From Candidatus Electrothrix scaldis (GTDB lineage: Bacteria; Desulfobacterota; Desulfobulbia; Desulfobulbales; Desulfobulbaceae), in NCBI GenBank assembly GCA_033584155.1, contig CP138355.1:2279826-2303825 (forward strand): a DNA stretch of 24,000 bases. Reading direction: 5' to 3'. Position numbers and translations under genes: made by a program. Below are positions 14,384 to 22,981 of this stretch, piece by piece. The notes beneath the pieces were generated by a model that made no database searches, was not told the DNA's origin, and saw nothing but the letters and a program-made list of their open reading frames with translations. Numbering within the stretch: the first letter of the stretch is position 1; every line of letters starts with the position of its first letter.

Positions 14384-16121
14384 CCTAAATTGAGCGATTC
14401 ATGGTCTGGGTAAAGCAATTCCGGTAAGAAAAGCTCAATTTTTTAAAAATTGGTTCTCAGGGGAAAACAAAAACACCTCTGAATATAGCTTTTCTTCAGA
14501 TCCGTTACGTTTTGGGGCCAATTTCCGCAGTTTTCATGAAAATTGGGCGCACTTATCCTGTCTGAATTCAAATTGAGAATTGCCAGAGATGCTCACCTAG
14601 TGTTGTAACACAGGGGGCTCAATACACCTTTTTAACATTTCGGCTAATTGAAGCCCTTCAAAAGCACACCGGGCCACTTTTAATACAACCTGACCGCTGT
14701 GCCTGACAATTTTACCCGCTACATCTATCAGTTGACGGCGCACTGTTGATGCATAGGCTGTTATTGAAACTACGGGAGAAGCTGCATCCTCTTTGAATGA
14801 TTCAAAAAGAAAAAAGCCGACCAGTAGCATGTAATACCACGCAGCGTTTGGAGTGAATCGAGTGAACGGCAGTTGTTCATGGCCAAAATCCTTGAAACCT
14901 CGGTTAACCAACTCGTCGCTACCGCGTACATGATACCCTGCAACAATAGCGTTGGCACTTACATATTCTGACATAACTCCCGCCTTTTCAAGAAGTTCGT
15001 CAATAGTTCCGCCACGCCCAAGATTTGTAATGATCACGGTGTCTGGACCAGTTCCTGGAAGCCGAAGCTGAGACCCGTGGTTGCACAGGCGACAGTATAT
15101 AGCACGTCGAAATTGCTTCCAATTACCCCTTTTAGTGTCGAATTCCGCATACTCCCAAATATCTTTCTTACCGGGTGCGGCAAAACGCCTCCAACGGGTT
15201 GTCTCACTTGCAAATTCTTTTATATCTTTATACATCTTCCCACCACAGATATAACCAACACCAAGTTGCTCACAAGATTCAAAAAATCTTCTGGTCGAAA
15301 AAACCACTGTCCATTCGGATAACAATCGGGACATCATGTCGATATTCCTTTCTGATGCGATTCACAATATGCAATATCATTTTTTGGACAGTGTCACCGT
15401 GATTCGAGTGCTTATCACCACCGCGAAAAACCGCATCTACAAAAAATCTTCCCCAGTTCATCTGTAACGGCTGGAATCCTTTCTTTTTTTTATAGGTCGG
15501 TTTTACTCCATGTCGACACTCTGCGTCATCGTTTTCCATAACCATTGTATCAATGCCGAGTTCAACAACGGCTGGCTTGGTTATATTCAATCGCCAAATG
15601 AACAGTTTCTGCAGCAGACGTCGAAAAACAAACACTTTAACAAAAGAAAAATTGCCGAAAAAACGCTTGATTGTATGCGAGGAGGCCATGTCATCCTCTG
15701 ATGTCTCTATACAGGCGGCATAGCCCTTATCTGCCTTAAGATCGTCAAAGTACACCAGATGTCGACTGGTTCCGTCCATCATGAAACAGAATATCTGCTT
15801 GAATATCTCAACCGCCGATGCACCTTTTTTGCTTTTTCTCAGATCGCCGAACAAACTCTCAATAATAGGGAATAATGAAATACCATGCAGGTACGCTATA
15901 AAAAGAGACAGACCTGACCGACTGGTCAAACAGTCGTCAGTTATGTCAATATAATTAATTTTCAGGTCACTTTTTCGATAGGTCGTGTTTTTTTTTCTTC
16001 ATGGTACTTCACCCGGAGGGTTGCAAATCAATTAAGCTGTAGTTCTTTACTTACATGAATAATAACATATGGTTGAAACATGGAAAAGGATTATTTTATA
16101 TCAAGAATCGCTCAATTTAGG
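14384..16121 (-). mobile_element. IS1380-family insertion sequence (1738 bp) with intact terminal inverted repeats and 5-bp target-site duplication
   Basis: IRL CCTAAATTGAGCGATTC (14384-14400) is the exact reverse complement of IRR GAATCGCTCAATTTAGG (16105-16121). Direct repeats TTTTA flank it at 14379-14383 and 16122-16126. The CC termini, 4-5 bp duplication and single long DDE ORF fit the IS1380 family as I recall it. Confidence 0.8.
14597..16002 (-). pseudogene. IS1380-family DDE transposase disrupted by two single-nucleotide frameshifts in homopolymers
   Basis: ATG at 16002 gives MKKKK..., which hits a stop after the A9 run (15988-15996 on +). Removing one A joins it to ..NTTYRKSDLKINYIDITDDCLTSRSGLSLF (track ORF 15279-15929). 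A second shift sits at the T6 run (15281-15286). Removing one T joins ..RMDSGFFDQKIF to ESCEQLGVGYICGGK.. (track ORF 14597-15337). DDE-type motifs: GIDTMVME, RMDSGF and ..GHEQLPFTRFTPNAAWYYMLL. The repaired length is about 467 aa. Confidence 0.8.
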
Positions 16122-16131
16122 TTTTAATGTG

Positions 16132-16176
16132 TCTGGCGGAAAGTCAGAAAAAAGCAAGTCTCTAGTAACGACAACT
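16132..16176. repeat. copy A of a ~45-bp dispersed intergenic repeat (copy B at 19636-19677)
   Basis: Copy A: TCTGGcggAAAGTCAGAaAAAAGCAAGTctctagTAACGaCAACT. Copy B: TCTGGtaaAAAGTCAGAgAAAAGCAAGT---tgaTAACGgCAACT. About 36 identical positions and one 3-nt indel, in the same orientation. Confidence 0.6.
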
Positions 16177-16183
16177 TTTTGAT

Positions 16184-16651
16184 TTATAAAATTTTTAAGA
16201 TGTTATTAATCAAAGATTTAGCATAAACTCTTCTTTTCTCTGCTTGCTGTATTATATATTCAATACCTTCCTTTGTTCCTACATCTGCCTTGGAGATATC
16301 GTCAACTTTATTAGCAAATAGACTCACTACCTCAAGTTGCTTTTCTGCTTCAAAATACTGGGTGTAGATTTTCCATTGTTCTTGAAAATAGTTCTTTTTT
16401 CGTTGTGGAAGAAATAGCATCAATTTTCTAGCAGCTTTATCTTCGTCTGGAAAAAATTGTGTAACGAGCGAACCTGGATCTTTTTTAGGGTCATCAAGCT
16501 GTTGTAGATGTGGAATAAATACCTCTTTGAAACTCAGTATCTCTCCTTTAAGAATTTTATCTAAATCCCATCTTTTGTTTATTCGGTGAGTAAGAAATAG
16601 AGTTAGTAAAACTCCTAAAATTGCACCTATAGATATTTTTAAATCTATCAT
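16184..16651 (-). CDS. hypothetical protein, N-terminal TM helix plus helical cytoplasmic domain; very AT-rich
   Basis: 155-aa ORF with N-terminal MIDLKISIGAILGVLLTLFLTH and a charged helical remainder. I saw no recognisable motif and no clear SD. It lies 38 nt downstream of the Rpn-fragment ORF. Confidence 0.5.
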   Translation of the reverse strand: MIDLKISIGAILGVLLTLFLTHRINKRWDLDKILKGEILSFKEVFIPHLQQLDDPKKDPGSLVTQFFPDEDKAARKLMLFLPQRKKNYFQEQWKIYTQYFEAEKQLEVVSLFANKVDDISKADVGTKEGIEYIIQQAEKRRVYAKSLINNILKIL

Positions 16652-16689
16652 CAGAATTTTTTAAAGTTATTCTTTGCCGTTCCGATTCA

Positions 16690-16992
16690 TCATTTCATCA
16701 GTCCAAGCCCCTGCTTCAATCCCTGAAGCTCTTCAACCGACAACCCTGTAATTTCCGCAATCGCTTCTATCTCCAAACTCCCGGAAGCAAGTAGTTTGAC
16801 CGCAACTTCTCTTTTTCCCTCAAGCTGCCCTTCCGTTCTCCCTTCGGCCCTTCCTTCCTCTTTTCCTTTCTTTTCCCCCTTCCTAAGACCTATGGTATAG
16901 GATGATTCCACCATGCTTGCCTGATAATGAAGATCGTGTTGGTAACGTTCATAAGCCTGCCGTTCTTCGTCGGACAGCTTCAATATATCCAA
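16690..16992 (-). pseudogene. C-terminal fragment of a PD-(D/E)XK/Rpn-family protein (nuclease domain missing)
   Basis: LSDEERQAYERYQHDL..KGKEEGRAEGRTEGQLEGKREVAVKLLASGSLEIEAIAEITGLSVEELQGL is the characteristic C-terminal tail of this family. The ORF begins at a TTG with AGGAG directly abutting it, and an in-frame TGA lies at 17011-17013. No N-terminal nuclease domain is present. Confidence 0.6.
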
Positions 16993-17268
16993 CTCCTGCT
17001 TGGCTTTACTTCACCCGATTTCATCATTATGAGGCCGGAAGGGTACCGGGAATCCTCTGCGTGTAGCGAGACGGGGATTACGAGTAAAGTAACAAGGATC
17101 AAGCTAAAAAATTTATTTCGTTTCATATTGTAGTATTACTTTGTTTTTACTTGAATTGACTGTTCAGTACCTTTTAGCCTTCAATTTAGCATATGCCCCT
17201 TAAGTTGTAGAGAGGCCTGACTGGACCTACGGGATAATAAATCAAGAGAATTGGTGATTCTTTTTGTG

Positions 17269-18864
17269 TTATTTCATATCTTTGGTTGAGTTTATTCTTC
17301 TCCGTAAGTGATATTTTTTTGGTAGCCCCTTAACTTGAACAGGCTCAAAGTGTTTCATAATATATTGCCAGAGCAATGTATGCGTATTTCGAAAACGCAA
17401 GTTCTCCCGCCCGTCAAGCGCCACATCCCCCAGAACGATCCAGTTGACGTTATTCGTTTCGACATCTGAAATTTGTTGGTGTTGATCAGCTTTTGAAGCC
17501 GTCCATAAAAAGTACGTGTCCCATAGAGGTGATTTTTTTTGTAAAATGGGATAAAATCCAGGCCAATGCGGAGCAATTAGCACTCCTTCATCTGGATGTA
17601 CTTTTGAGGCTACGACCTCCCTGACAGTGTGGATCAGGTTGGCAGTATATTTATGCAGCCAGAGTATATCTCCATGAATGTCCTTCTGGACAAATGAATC
17701 AGGAGTAGACAATTTCCGATAATATGGGCTGACCATAGCAATAGACAAAAAAGATAATATATAGACAACAATAAGGAAGCCTACTCCTACTTTTTTTATA
17801 TACACTTGTTTACAGAAAAATGGCAACGAGAGTAATCCGATTAAAAGAGGATGAATGGCTTGCGCGAGATGGTTGATATCAGCCCGGCTAAAGGCATGAT
17901 GCATATAAGGAATGCCTATAAAAACGGAGGCAATAATAACAGATTTCCGTCGCAGCTCTTTGGGGTGAATGAGTAGTGTGTATATTGATGAAAATATGTA
18001 GAAAGCTGGTAACAAAAGAAAGAAAACACCTGTAGAAATAAATTGAATGGCTGTTAGTGGGCTGGTATGTGAAATGTTTACCTTCCAGGGCCATGGTACA
18101 GGCAATGGAAGATTAGTACTTTTACTTTGTAACATGCCAGTGATGCTTTGTATAAACAGATCAAAAAAATCAGGAAGACCGATGAACATGAAAAGCATAG
18201 GAGAGTAACCGACAACGACCCCGATGTTCCATATCGCAAGGTGTTTGAAAAATCCATCTTTCCCAATTTTTAGCCATATAAACCCTATCAAAAGACAAAA
18301 TGATATACTTGTGTACAGTCCATGATTGCGTCCGAAAAAAGCTGATATGCCAACAAAGAAACCGGCAATAAAATGTCTTTTAAATGTTGGTCGCTCAAGA
18401 AGGATGATAGCAAAATAAACCGCCATCATTGCGAGACTTGATTCAAACAGTTTCCAACGAGGGTGCATCCAAATAAGGAGCAACACTCCCGCACTTACAA
18501 GTCCCCACCAGGAGTGAATGACTCGCCTTAATGCTAGTAAACCGCATAGCAATCCAATCGCCTGAAAGATTGCGGTCGAAAGACGAAGAGCGATGATCCC
18601 ATCTCCCAGGATAAATGAACAGGCTGCCCCCCAATAATAACGACCGGGATCGTATGACCGAAAGTCACGTAGTGGAACGTTGCCATCAATGGTCGCGAGC
18701 GTTCCATGCCAGAGAAAGCCTTCATCAGCTAGACCTATGCCGATGTTCCCTTGAAGCCAAAATGAGATTCCCACCAACGTAAAAGCAAGTAAAGCTGTGG
18801 TTAAACTGCTCGGAATTATTTGGTATACTTTGCAATGCAATGAATCTGTGATTACTGTTTTCAT
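17269..18864 (-). CDS. GT-C fold membrane glycosyltransferase (ArnT / PMT_2 / GT39-83-like)
   Basis: 531 aa with about 11-13 TM segments. The first periplasmic loop LADEGFLWHGTLATIDGNVPLRDFRSYDPGRYYW matches the DE..(aromatic)..G..P..PP/PG.YYW signature of ArnT/PMT-type polyprenyl-phosphate-sugar transferases. There is a ~150-aa soluble C-terminal domain. Confidence 0.65.
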   Translation of the reverse strand: MKTVITDSLHCKVYQIIPSSLTTALLAFTLVGISFWLQGNIGIGLADEGFLWHGTLATIDGNVPLRDFRSYDPGRYYWGAACSFILGDGIIALRLSTAIFQAIGLLCGLLALRRVIHSWWGLVSAGVLLLIWMHPRWKLFESSLAMMAVYFAIILLERPTFKRHFIAGFFVGISAFFGRNHGLYTSISFCLLIGFIWLKIGKDGFFKHLAIWNIGVVVGYSPMLFMFIGLPDFFDLFIQSITGMLQSKSTNLPLPVPWPWKVNISHTSPLTAIQFISTGVFFLLLPAFYIFSSIYTLLIHPKELRRKSVIIASVFIGIPYMHHAFSRADINHLAQAIHPLLIGLLSLPFFCKQVYIKKVGVGFLIVVYILSFLSIAMVSPYYRKLSTPDSFVQKDIHGDILWLHKYTANLIHTVREVVASKVHPDEGVLIAPHWPGFYPILQKKSPLWDTYFLWTASKADQHQQISDVETNNVNWIVLGDVALDGRENLRFRNTHTLLWQYIMKHFEPVQVKGLPKKYHLRRRINSTKDMK

Positions 18865-18912
18865 TAGATACCCTTCAGGTGAAGGATGGATGATATGTGT
18901 TACATTGAGTTT

Positions 18913-19136
18913 GGGTGCGGCTCTTCTGTTTTGATGTTAACATATTTATAATATATCAATTGTAGATTTCAAATTGAGTGTTATTCGCTCGAACCGCTCT
19001 ACTTTTAATCCGGTAAAAATAGACCCCATAATTACCACCACATTAACAGGAGCAGTTTAGACAAATAGCACTTAAAGTGAAATGAAGTATTGGCACTTTT
19101 TCAATACCCTAGCTTTGATTTAGAAGAGCCGCACCC
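18913..19136. mobile_element. 224-bp MITE-like non-autonomous element with 15-bp perfect TIRs and 9-bp target-site duplication
   Basis: TIR GGGTGCGGCTCTTCT (18913-18927) is the exact reverse complement of AGAAGAGCCGCACCC (19122-19136). Identical ATTGAGTTT repeats flank it at 18904-18912 and 19137-19145. There is no coding capacity inside. Confidence 0.75.
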
Positions 19137-19149
19137 ATTGAGTTTTCCA

Positions 19150-19524
19150 TCACCCTTTGCTGATAAAAAGAATACCTATCATGATAAAGAGCGCTCCTAC
19201 TATTTTGTGCATAGTGAGAGATTCATGAAAAAAAATAACACTGGCAAACATCATAAACGCATAAATGGAACTTAAAAAGGGATAGGCATAACTCAGATCA
19301 AATTCCGACATGACGAACATCCAGCTGACTCCAGCGCCAAACGTCGCGATAATTGCAGAGACAACCCAGGGGGTTAACAATAACGTTCCTATAAAAATGA
19401 TTTTCCCTAAATCATCTACAGGGAGTTCTCCGGCACTGTTGACTTGCCACTTTATAATAAGCTGACTATAAATTGAAAGAACAATGGTCGTAAAGACACC
19501 AATATATCCGATGGTGTTATTCAT
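19150..19524 (-). CDS. small 4-TM DMT/EamA-type protein, ArnE/ArnF-like (polyprenyl-phosphate-sugar flippase subunit family)
   Basis: 124 aa with four hydrophobic helices. ..DLSYAYPFLSSIYAFMMFASVIFFHESLTMHKIVGALFIMIGILFISKG resembles the EamA half-domain of ArnE/ArnF. It sits next to the GT-C gene. Confidence 0.6.
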   Translation of the reverse strand: MNNTIGYIGVFTTIVLSIYSQLIIKWQVNSAGELPVDDLGKIIFIGTLLLTPWVVSAIIATFGAGVSWMFVMSEFDLSYAYPFLSSIYAFMMFASVIFFHESLTMHKIVGALFIMIGILFISKG

Positions 19525-19635
19525 TTATTTTTTTTTATTGAGTTGTATAAATTTGTTATACAGTGAAGATGTGATATAATCCACAGGGTGCAAACCTGAA
19601 GATCGTATTTTGGTGAGGCTCTAACCGGCTGATGA

Positions 19636-19677
19636 TCTGGTAAAAAGTCAGAGAAAAGCAAGTTGATAACGGCAACT
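19636..19677. repeat. copy B of the ~45-bp dispersed intergenic repeat (copy A at 16132-16176)
   Basis: See copy A. It lies in the 203-bp gap between the carbamoyltransferase stop and the ArnE-like start. Confidence 0.6.
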
Positions 19678-19727
19678 CAGCAAGTTACGATACGAGTTTC
19701 CACGAAATTGAACTTCTTACGAAAGCA

Positions 19728-21410
19728 TCAACGGTTATACGACTGTTTTTGGAGAAGTGGAGCGCCGTTATAGTCGTGCTCGGTTTTTTCGACGATATAA
19801 TTTCCTAATACCAAACAATCCATGCCACAGCGGTAAAAGGTACGGAGAGCATCCTCAGGGCTACATACAATCGGTTCGTCTGATAAATTGAAACTGGTAT
19901 TTAAGAGAACGGGAACTCCTGTCAGTTTTCTGAATTCATCAATAAGAGTCCAAAACCGCAGATTCACTGCTTGACTGACGGTCTGGGGGCGTGCAGTGCC
20001 ATCGACGTGGGTCGCGCTGACCATTTCATGAATTTTTTCAGGCTTCACCTGAAACGTCAGTGTCATATAAGGTGAGTGAAAAAAATTTTCTAAATACGCA
20101 GGAGCATATTCTTCTAAAATAGAAGGTGCAAAAGGTCGCCATGGTTCTCTTCCTTTGACTTTTATGTTTATTTGGTCTTTCATATCAGGATTCTTAGGAT
20201 TGGCGAGAATACTTCTATGCCCCAATGCTCGTGGTCCCACTTCTAATCGTCCTTGAAACCAACCGATGATCTTGTTTGCCGCTAACATATTTGCAGTCTC
20301 TTTACAGACATTCTCAACATAGCGATACTTGCTGACGTTACACTTAACAAGAGCAGCTTCAATATCATCATGATGATATTCTGGCCCCCAGTAAGGGTGT
20401 GTAAAACCGATATCAGGTTTTTCCCCTTTTTTATCAAGATGCACTTGAATTGCAGCCCCTAATGCAGTTCCTGAGTCCCATGAAGATGGGTGGATATAAA
20501 TATGGTCGATGAGACCTGACCTCAGTAATGTGCCATTCATGGCACAATTAAGAGCGACTCCTCCTGATACACATACATTTCGCGATGTCGTTTTTTGAAC
20601 GGTCCACTCAAGCATCCGCAAAACGACCTTTTCAAGAGATGCTTGAGCTGTGGCGGCAATATCCTGACTCGTTTTGCTCATAGGGTTATGGGGATCGACA
20701 ACATGACCAACCCATCGCCGGTAGCGACGGTATTTTTCTCTGTTAACTGAGGGAATGGGTGTATCCCATTCAATAAAAGGCAGTCCTTGTGGATCAGGAG
20801 TGCCGAAGGATGCCAGCCCCATGACTTTATACTCGTCAGCATGGGGTTGAAAACCCAGAAGCCGGGTTATCCTTGAAAAAACATGACCCAAGCTGTTGGA
20901 ATTGCTGATTTCATGATAGTTTTTTATATTTGTTCCTTCGGCATAGCCAAGAAAACCGGCATTCTTTCCGCCAGAGCCATCCAAAGAGAGGATATTGGCA
21001 TGTTCAAACCCGGAACTATAAAAGGCTGTATTCACATGCGAAAGATGGTGATTAATAAAGAAGGGCTTTTTTTCAGAGATATGTCTGGGAATTTTGAACA
21101 TATGTCTTGTAAGGTGCATCGTAAAGAATCCGGCTGTCAAAACACCATACACAATAGGCTGACCGGTCAAATTAGGAATGATATTTTTCAAAAATTTATC
21201 GAATCCCACAGCGACATAATCAACATCCTGCCATGTTATTCCAGCCTTTTCCAAACAAAATATTATCGCCTGCTTTGGGAACATTCTCGGAGCAAACTTA
21301 ATACGGGCAAAACGCTCTTCTTCTGCCATCGCAACAAGTCGTCCATCAATGAGCAGGCAGGCTCCATTATCCTGCGAAATAGGGTGGGTTATACCAAGGA
21401 TAACCGTCAT
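19728..21410 (-). CDS. carbamoyltransferase, NodU/CmcH/TobZ family
   Basis: 560 aa. The N-terminus ILGITHPISQDNGACLLIDGRLVAMAEEERFARIKF and the stretches ..HHLSHVNTAFYSSGF.. and ..VSGGVALNCAMNG.. are typical of Carbam_trans_N. The C-terminal ..GHRSILANP....VDGTARPQTV....VLLNTSFN matches Carbam_trans_C. AGGAGGAAATT RBS. Confidence 0.88.
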   Translation of the reverse strand: MTVILGITHPISQDNGACLLIDGRLVAMAEEERFARIKFAPRMFPKQAIIFCLEKAGITWQDVDYVAVGFDKFLKNIIPNLTGQPIVYGVLTAGFFTMHLTRHMFKIPRHISEKKPFFINHHLSHVNTAFYSSGFEHANILSLDGSGGKNAGFLGYAEGTNIKNYHEISNSNSLGHVFSRITRLLGFQPHADEYKVMGLASFGTPDPQGLPFIEWDTPIPSVNREKYRRYRRWVGHVVDPHNPMSKTSQDIAATAQASLEKVVLRMLEWTVQKTTSRNVCVSGGVALNCAMNGTLLRSGLIDHIYIHPSSWDSGTALGAAIQVHLDKKGEKPDIGFTHPYWGPEYHHDDIEAALVKCNVSKYRYVENVCKETANMLAANKIIGWFQGRLEVGPRALGHRSILANPKNPDMKDQINIKVKGREPWRPFAPSILEEYAPAYLENFFHSPYMTLTFQVKPEKIHEMVSATHVDGTARPQTVSQAVNLRFWTLIDEFRKLTGVPVLLNTSFNLSDEPIVCSPEDALRTFYRCGMDCLVLGNYIVEKTEHDYNGAPLLQKQSYNR

Positions 21411-21438
21411 AATTTCCTCCTGTTGTCAGTCATTTCTC

Positions 21439-22977
21439 TCAGAGATGTGACCGCTGGCTTTTTCCCTTACGTTTTAACATATTGGTGACATGTCTGTGTG
21501 CTAGCATGAATAACACACTAAAACTATATCGAATGTCACCTGGGGTTCTAAATTTTGGCAGCAAACAATTGACAAATTTTTTTGGGTGGAGATAAAATGA
21601 AACCTTATGCAAGAGCCACCCCTGTGAAGCATTGAGTTGAATGGCATTCAATTCGTCCGCCGTGATTTCAAGAGTATCATGCCAAGCCCCGAAAATAAAC
21701 GACCCTTTCATACTCTCTTTTTCTAAAAGTTGCTCTTTGTGGTAGATGTCATATAATTCGGTTCCAATATAGGGTTGAGCCACAAAAAAATGAGCGAAGT
21801 CAAGTTGAGAGCTATAGGCAAATGCAACAGTTTCCATGATTTGTTCACGTGTTTCATAAGGGAAACCGATAATGAAGAATGCGCCTGTCCAATAGCCGAG
21901 TGTGTTGGCTTTTCGAACCAATCTGCTGACCTGATCTAAATCGACATTTTTTTGAATAAATTTAATAGTTTCAGCGTTGCCGCTTTCAACCGGCATCGTG
22001 AGTTTGTAAAATCCGGCCTGACGCATCTTGACAAGCAATTGCTCGTCATCTACCAACCAAATGCTTAAGCCAGCGATATTGCTAAATGCAATGTCTAATT
22101 TTCTGTCAATGAAATAGTCACAGAACGCATAAATTCGGTCTTTTTTGAGAATAAATTGATCGTCAAGAATGCAGAATTCACGGATACCATAGTCTGAGAC
22201 CAGCATTTCAATTTCTTTGACCACGTTGTCAATGCTTCGTGGTCTCCATCGACGTCTCCACAAATTTTTACTACAACAAAAGACGCATTGATAGGGACAA
22301 CCGCGGGAGGTCATGATAGTTGCAATGGGCTTTTTGCGGGAAAAATTGAACTGTTTATGATTCGTCCGCATATAGTGTTCCATATCAATAAACGCCCGAT
22401 CAGGGATAGGTAGACGATCCAAATCCTCAATAAATTCTCGATGAGGATTCATGACAACAGTATTTTCAGCATTTCGGAAGCATAAACCATCTACCGCAGC
22501 CAAACTCATTTCCCCGCGAAGCGCCCGTACCAAGTGCTCTAACGTAATTTCACCTTCATGACATACAATATAATCAATACAGGAATATTCATGGAGAATG
22601 GATTGAGCCTCTAAGGTGGCATGAGCGCCGCCTATCACAATAGGTACAGAAGGATAGAGTTCTTTTGCCATCTCAGCGACTTCTACCGCTTCTGCAAAAT
22701 ATCCTGAAAAACAACAGCCGATGCCGATAAGGTCAGGTTGATTTTTTTTCAATTCCTTATGAATGACTGTCTTGTCATGAACACCTTTGACATATAAGTC
22801 CCCTTGTTGTTTTGGGGCTTCGGCCCCCATCGCATACAGATCAAGAATGGATATGTGGATTTCATCCCGAAGTACCTGTCGCAAATATGTCGCCAGACTA
22901 ACTAAGCCTAAAGGTTCTGAAAGATAAATATTCGTATCTCGAACAGTAATATATGGGTGTATCAACACAATGTTCAT
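21439..22977 (-). CDS. B12-binding-domain radical SAM enzyme (class B rSAM, probable methyltransferase)
   Basis: The likely start is MNIVLIHPY.. at 22977, with AGGAGA 8 nt upstream inside the preceding gene. The N-terminal Rossmann/B12-like region reads ..DLIGIGCCFSGYF..VPIVIGGAHAT... The rSAM motif is SRGCPYQCVFCCS (CxxxCxxC). The track ORF extends to 23049. Confidence 0.8.
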   Translation of the reverse strand: MNIVLIHPYITVRDTNIYLSEPLGLVSLATYLRQVLRDEIHISILDLYAMGAEAPKQQGDLYVKGVHDKTVIHKELKKNQPDLIGIGCCFSGYFAEAVEVAEMAKELYPSVPIVIGGAHATLEAQSILHEYSCIDYIVCHEGEITLEHLVRALRGEMSLAAVDGLCFRNAENTVVMNPHREFIEDLDRLPIPDRAFIDMEHYMRTNHKQFNFSRKKPIATIMTSRGCPYQCVFCCSKNLWRRRWRPRSIDNVVKEIEMLVSDYGIREFCILDDQFILKKDRIYAFCDYFIDRKLDIAFSNIAGLSIWLVDDEQLLVKMRQAGFYKLTMPVESGNAETIKFIQKNVDLDQVSRLVRKANTLGYWTGAFFIIGFPYETREQIMETVAFAYSSQLDFAHFFVAQPYIGTELYDIYHKEQLLEKESMKGSFIFGAWHDTLEITADELNAIQLNASQGWLLHKVSFYLHPKKFVNCLLPKFRTPGDIRYSFSVLFMLAHRHVTNMLKRKGKSQRSHL

Positions 22978-22981
22978 AATG

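Noticed and set aside
14564-19010. Recurrent (A/C)AAATTGAG / CTCAATTT(A/G) 8-9-mers (IS ends, 14567 inside the IS, 17183 and MITE interior ~18990) as possible solo IS ends
   Set aside because: Only the core 8-9 nt recur, the flanks do not align, and the region is AT-rich. The enrichment is suggestive, but I cannot tell it from chance without a genome-wide count.
19091-19108. Sigma54-like TGGCAC at 19091 (TGGCAC-TTTTT-CAAT)
   Set aside because: The -12 element is CAAT rather than TTGC. It lies inside the MITE on the plus strand, pointing away from any gene.
19585-19635. tRNA-like fragment (minus strand ..CAGCCGGTTAGAGCC.. resembling a D-arm, and CAGGTTTGCACCCTG resembling a T-arm)
   Set aside because: I could not build an acceptor stem, D-stem or anticodon arm. 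The T-loop is not TTCGAAT-like, and the spacing is wrong for a cloverleaf. At most it is a degraded remnant, so it is not called.
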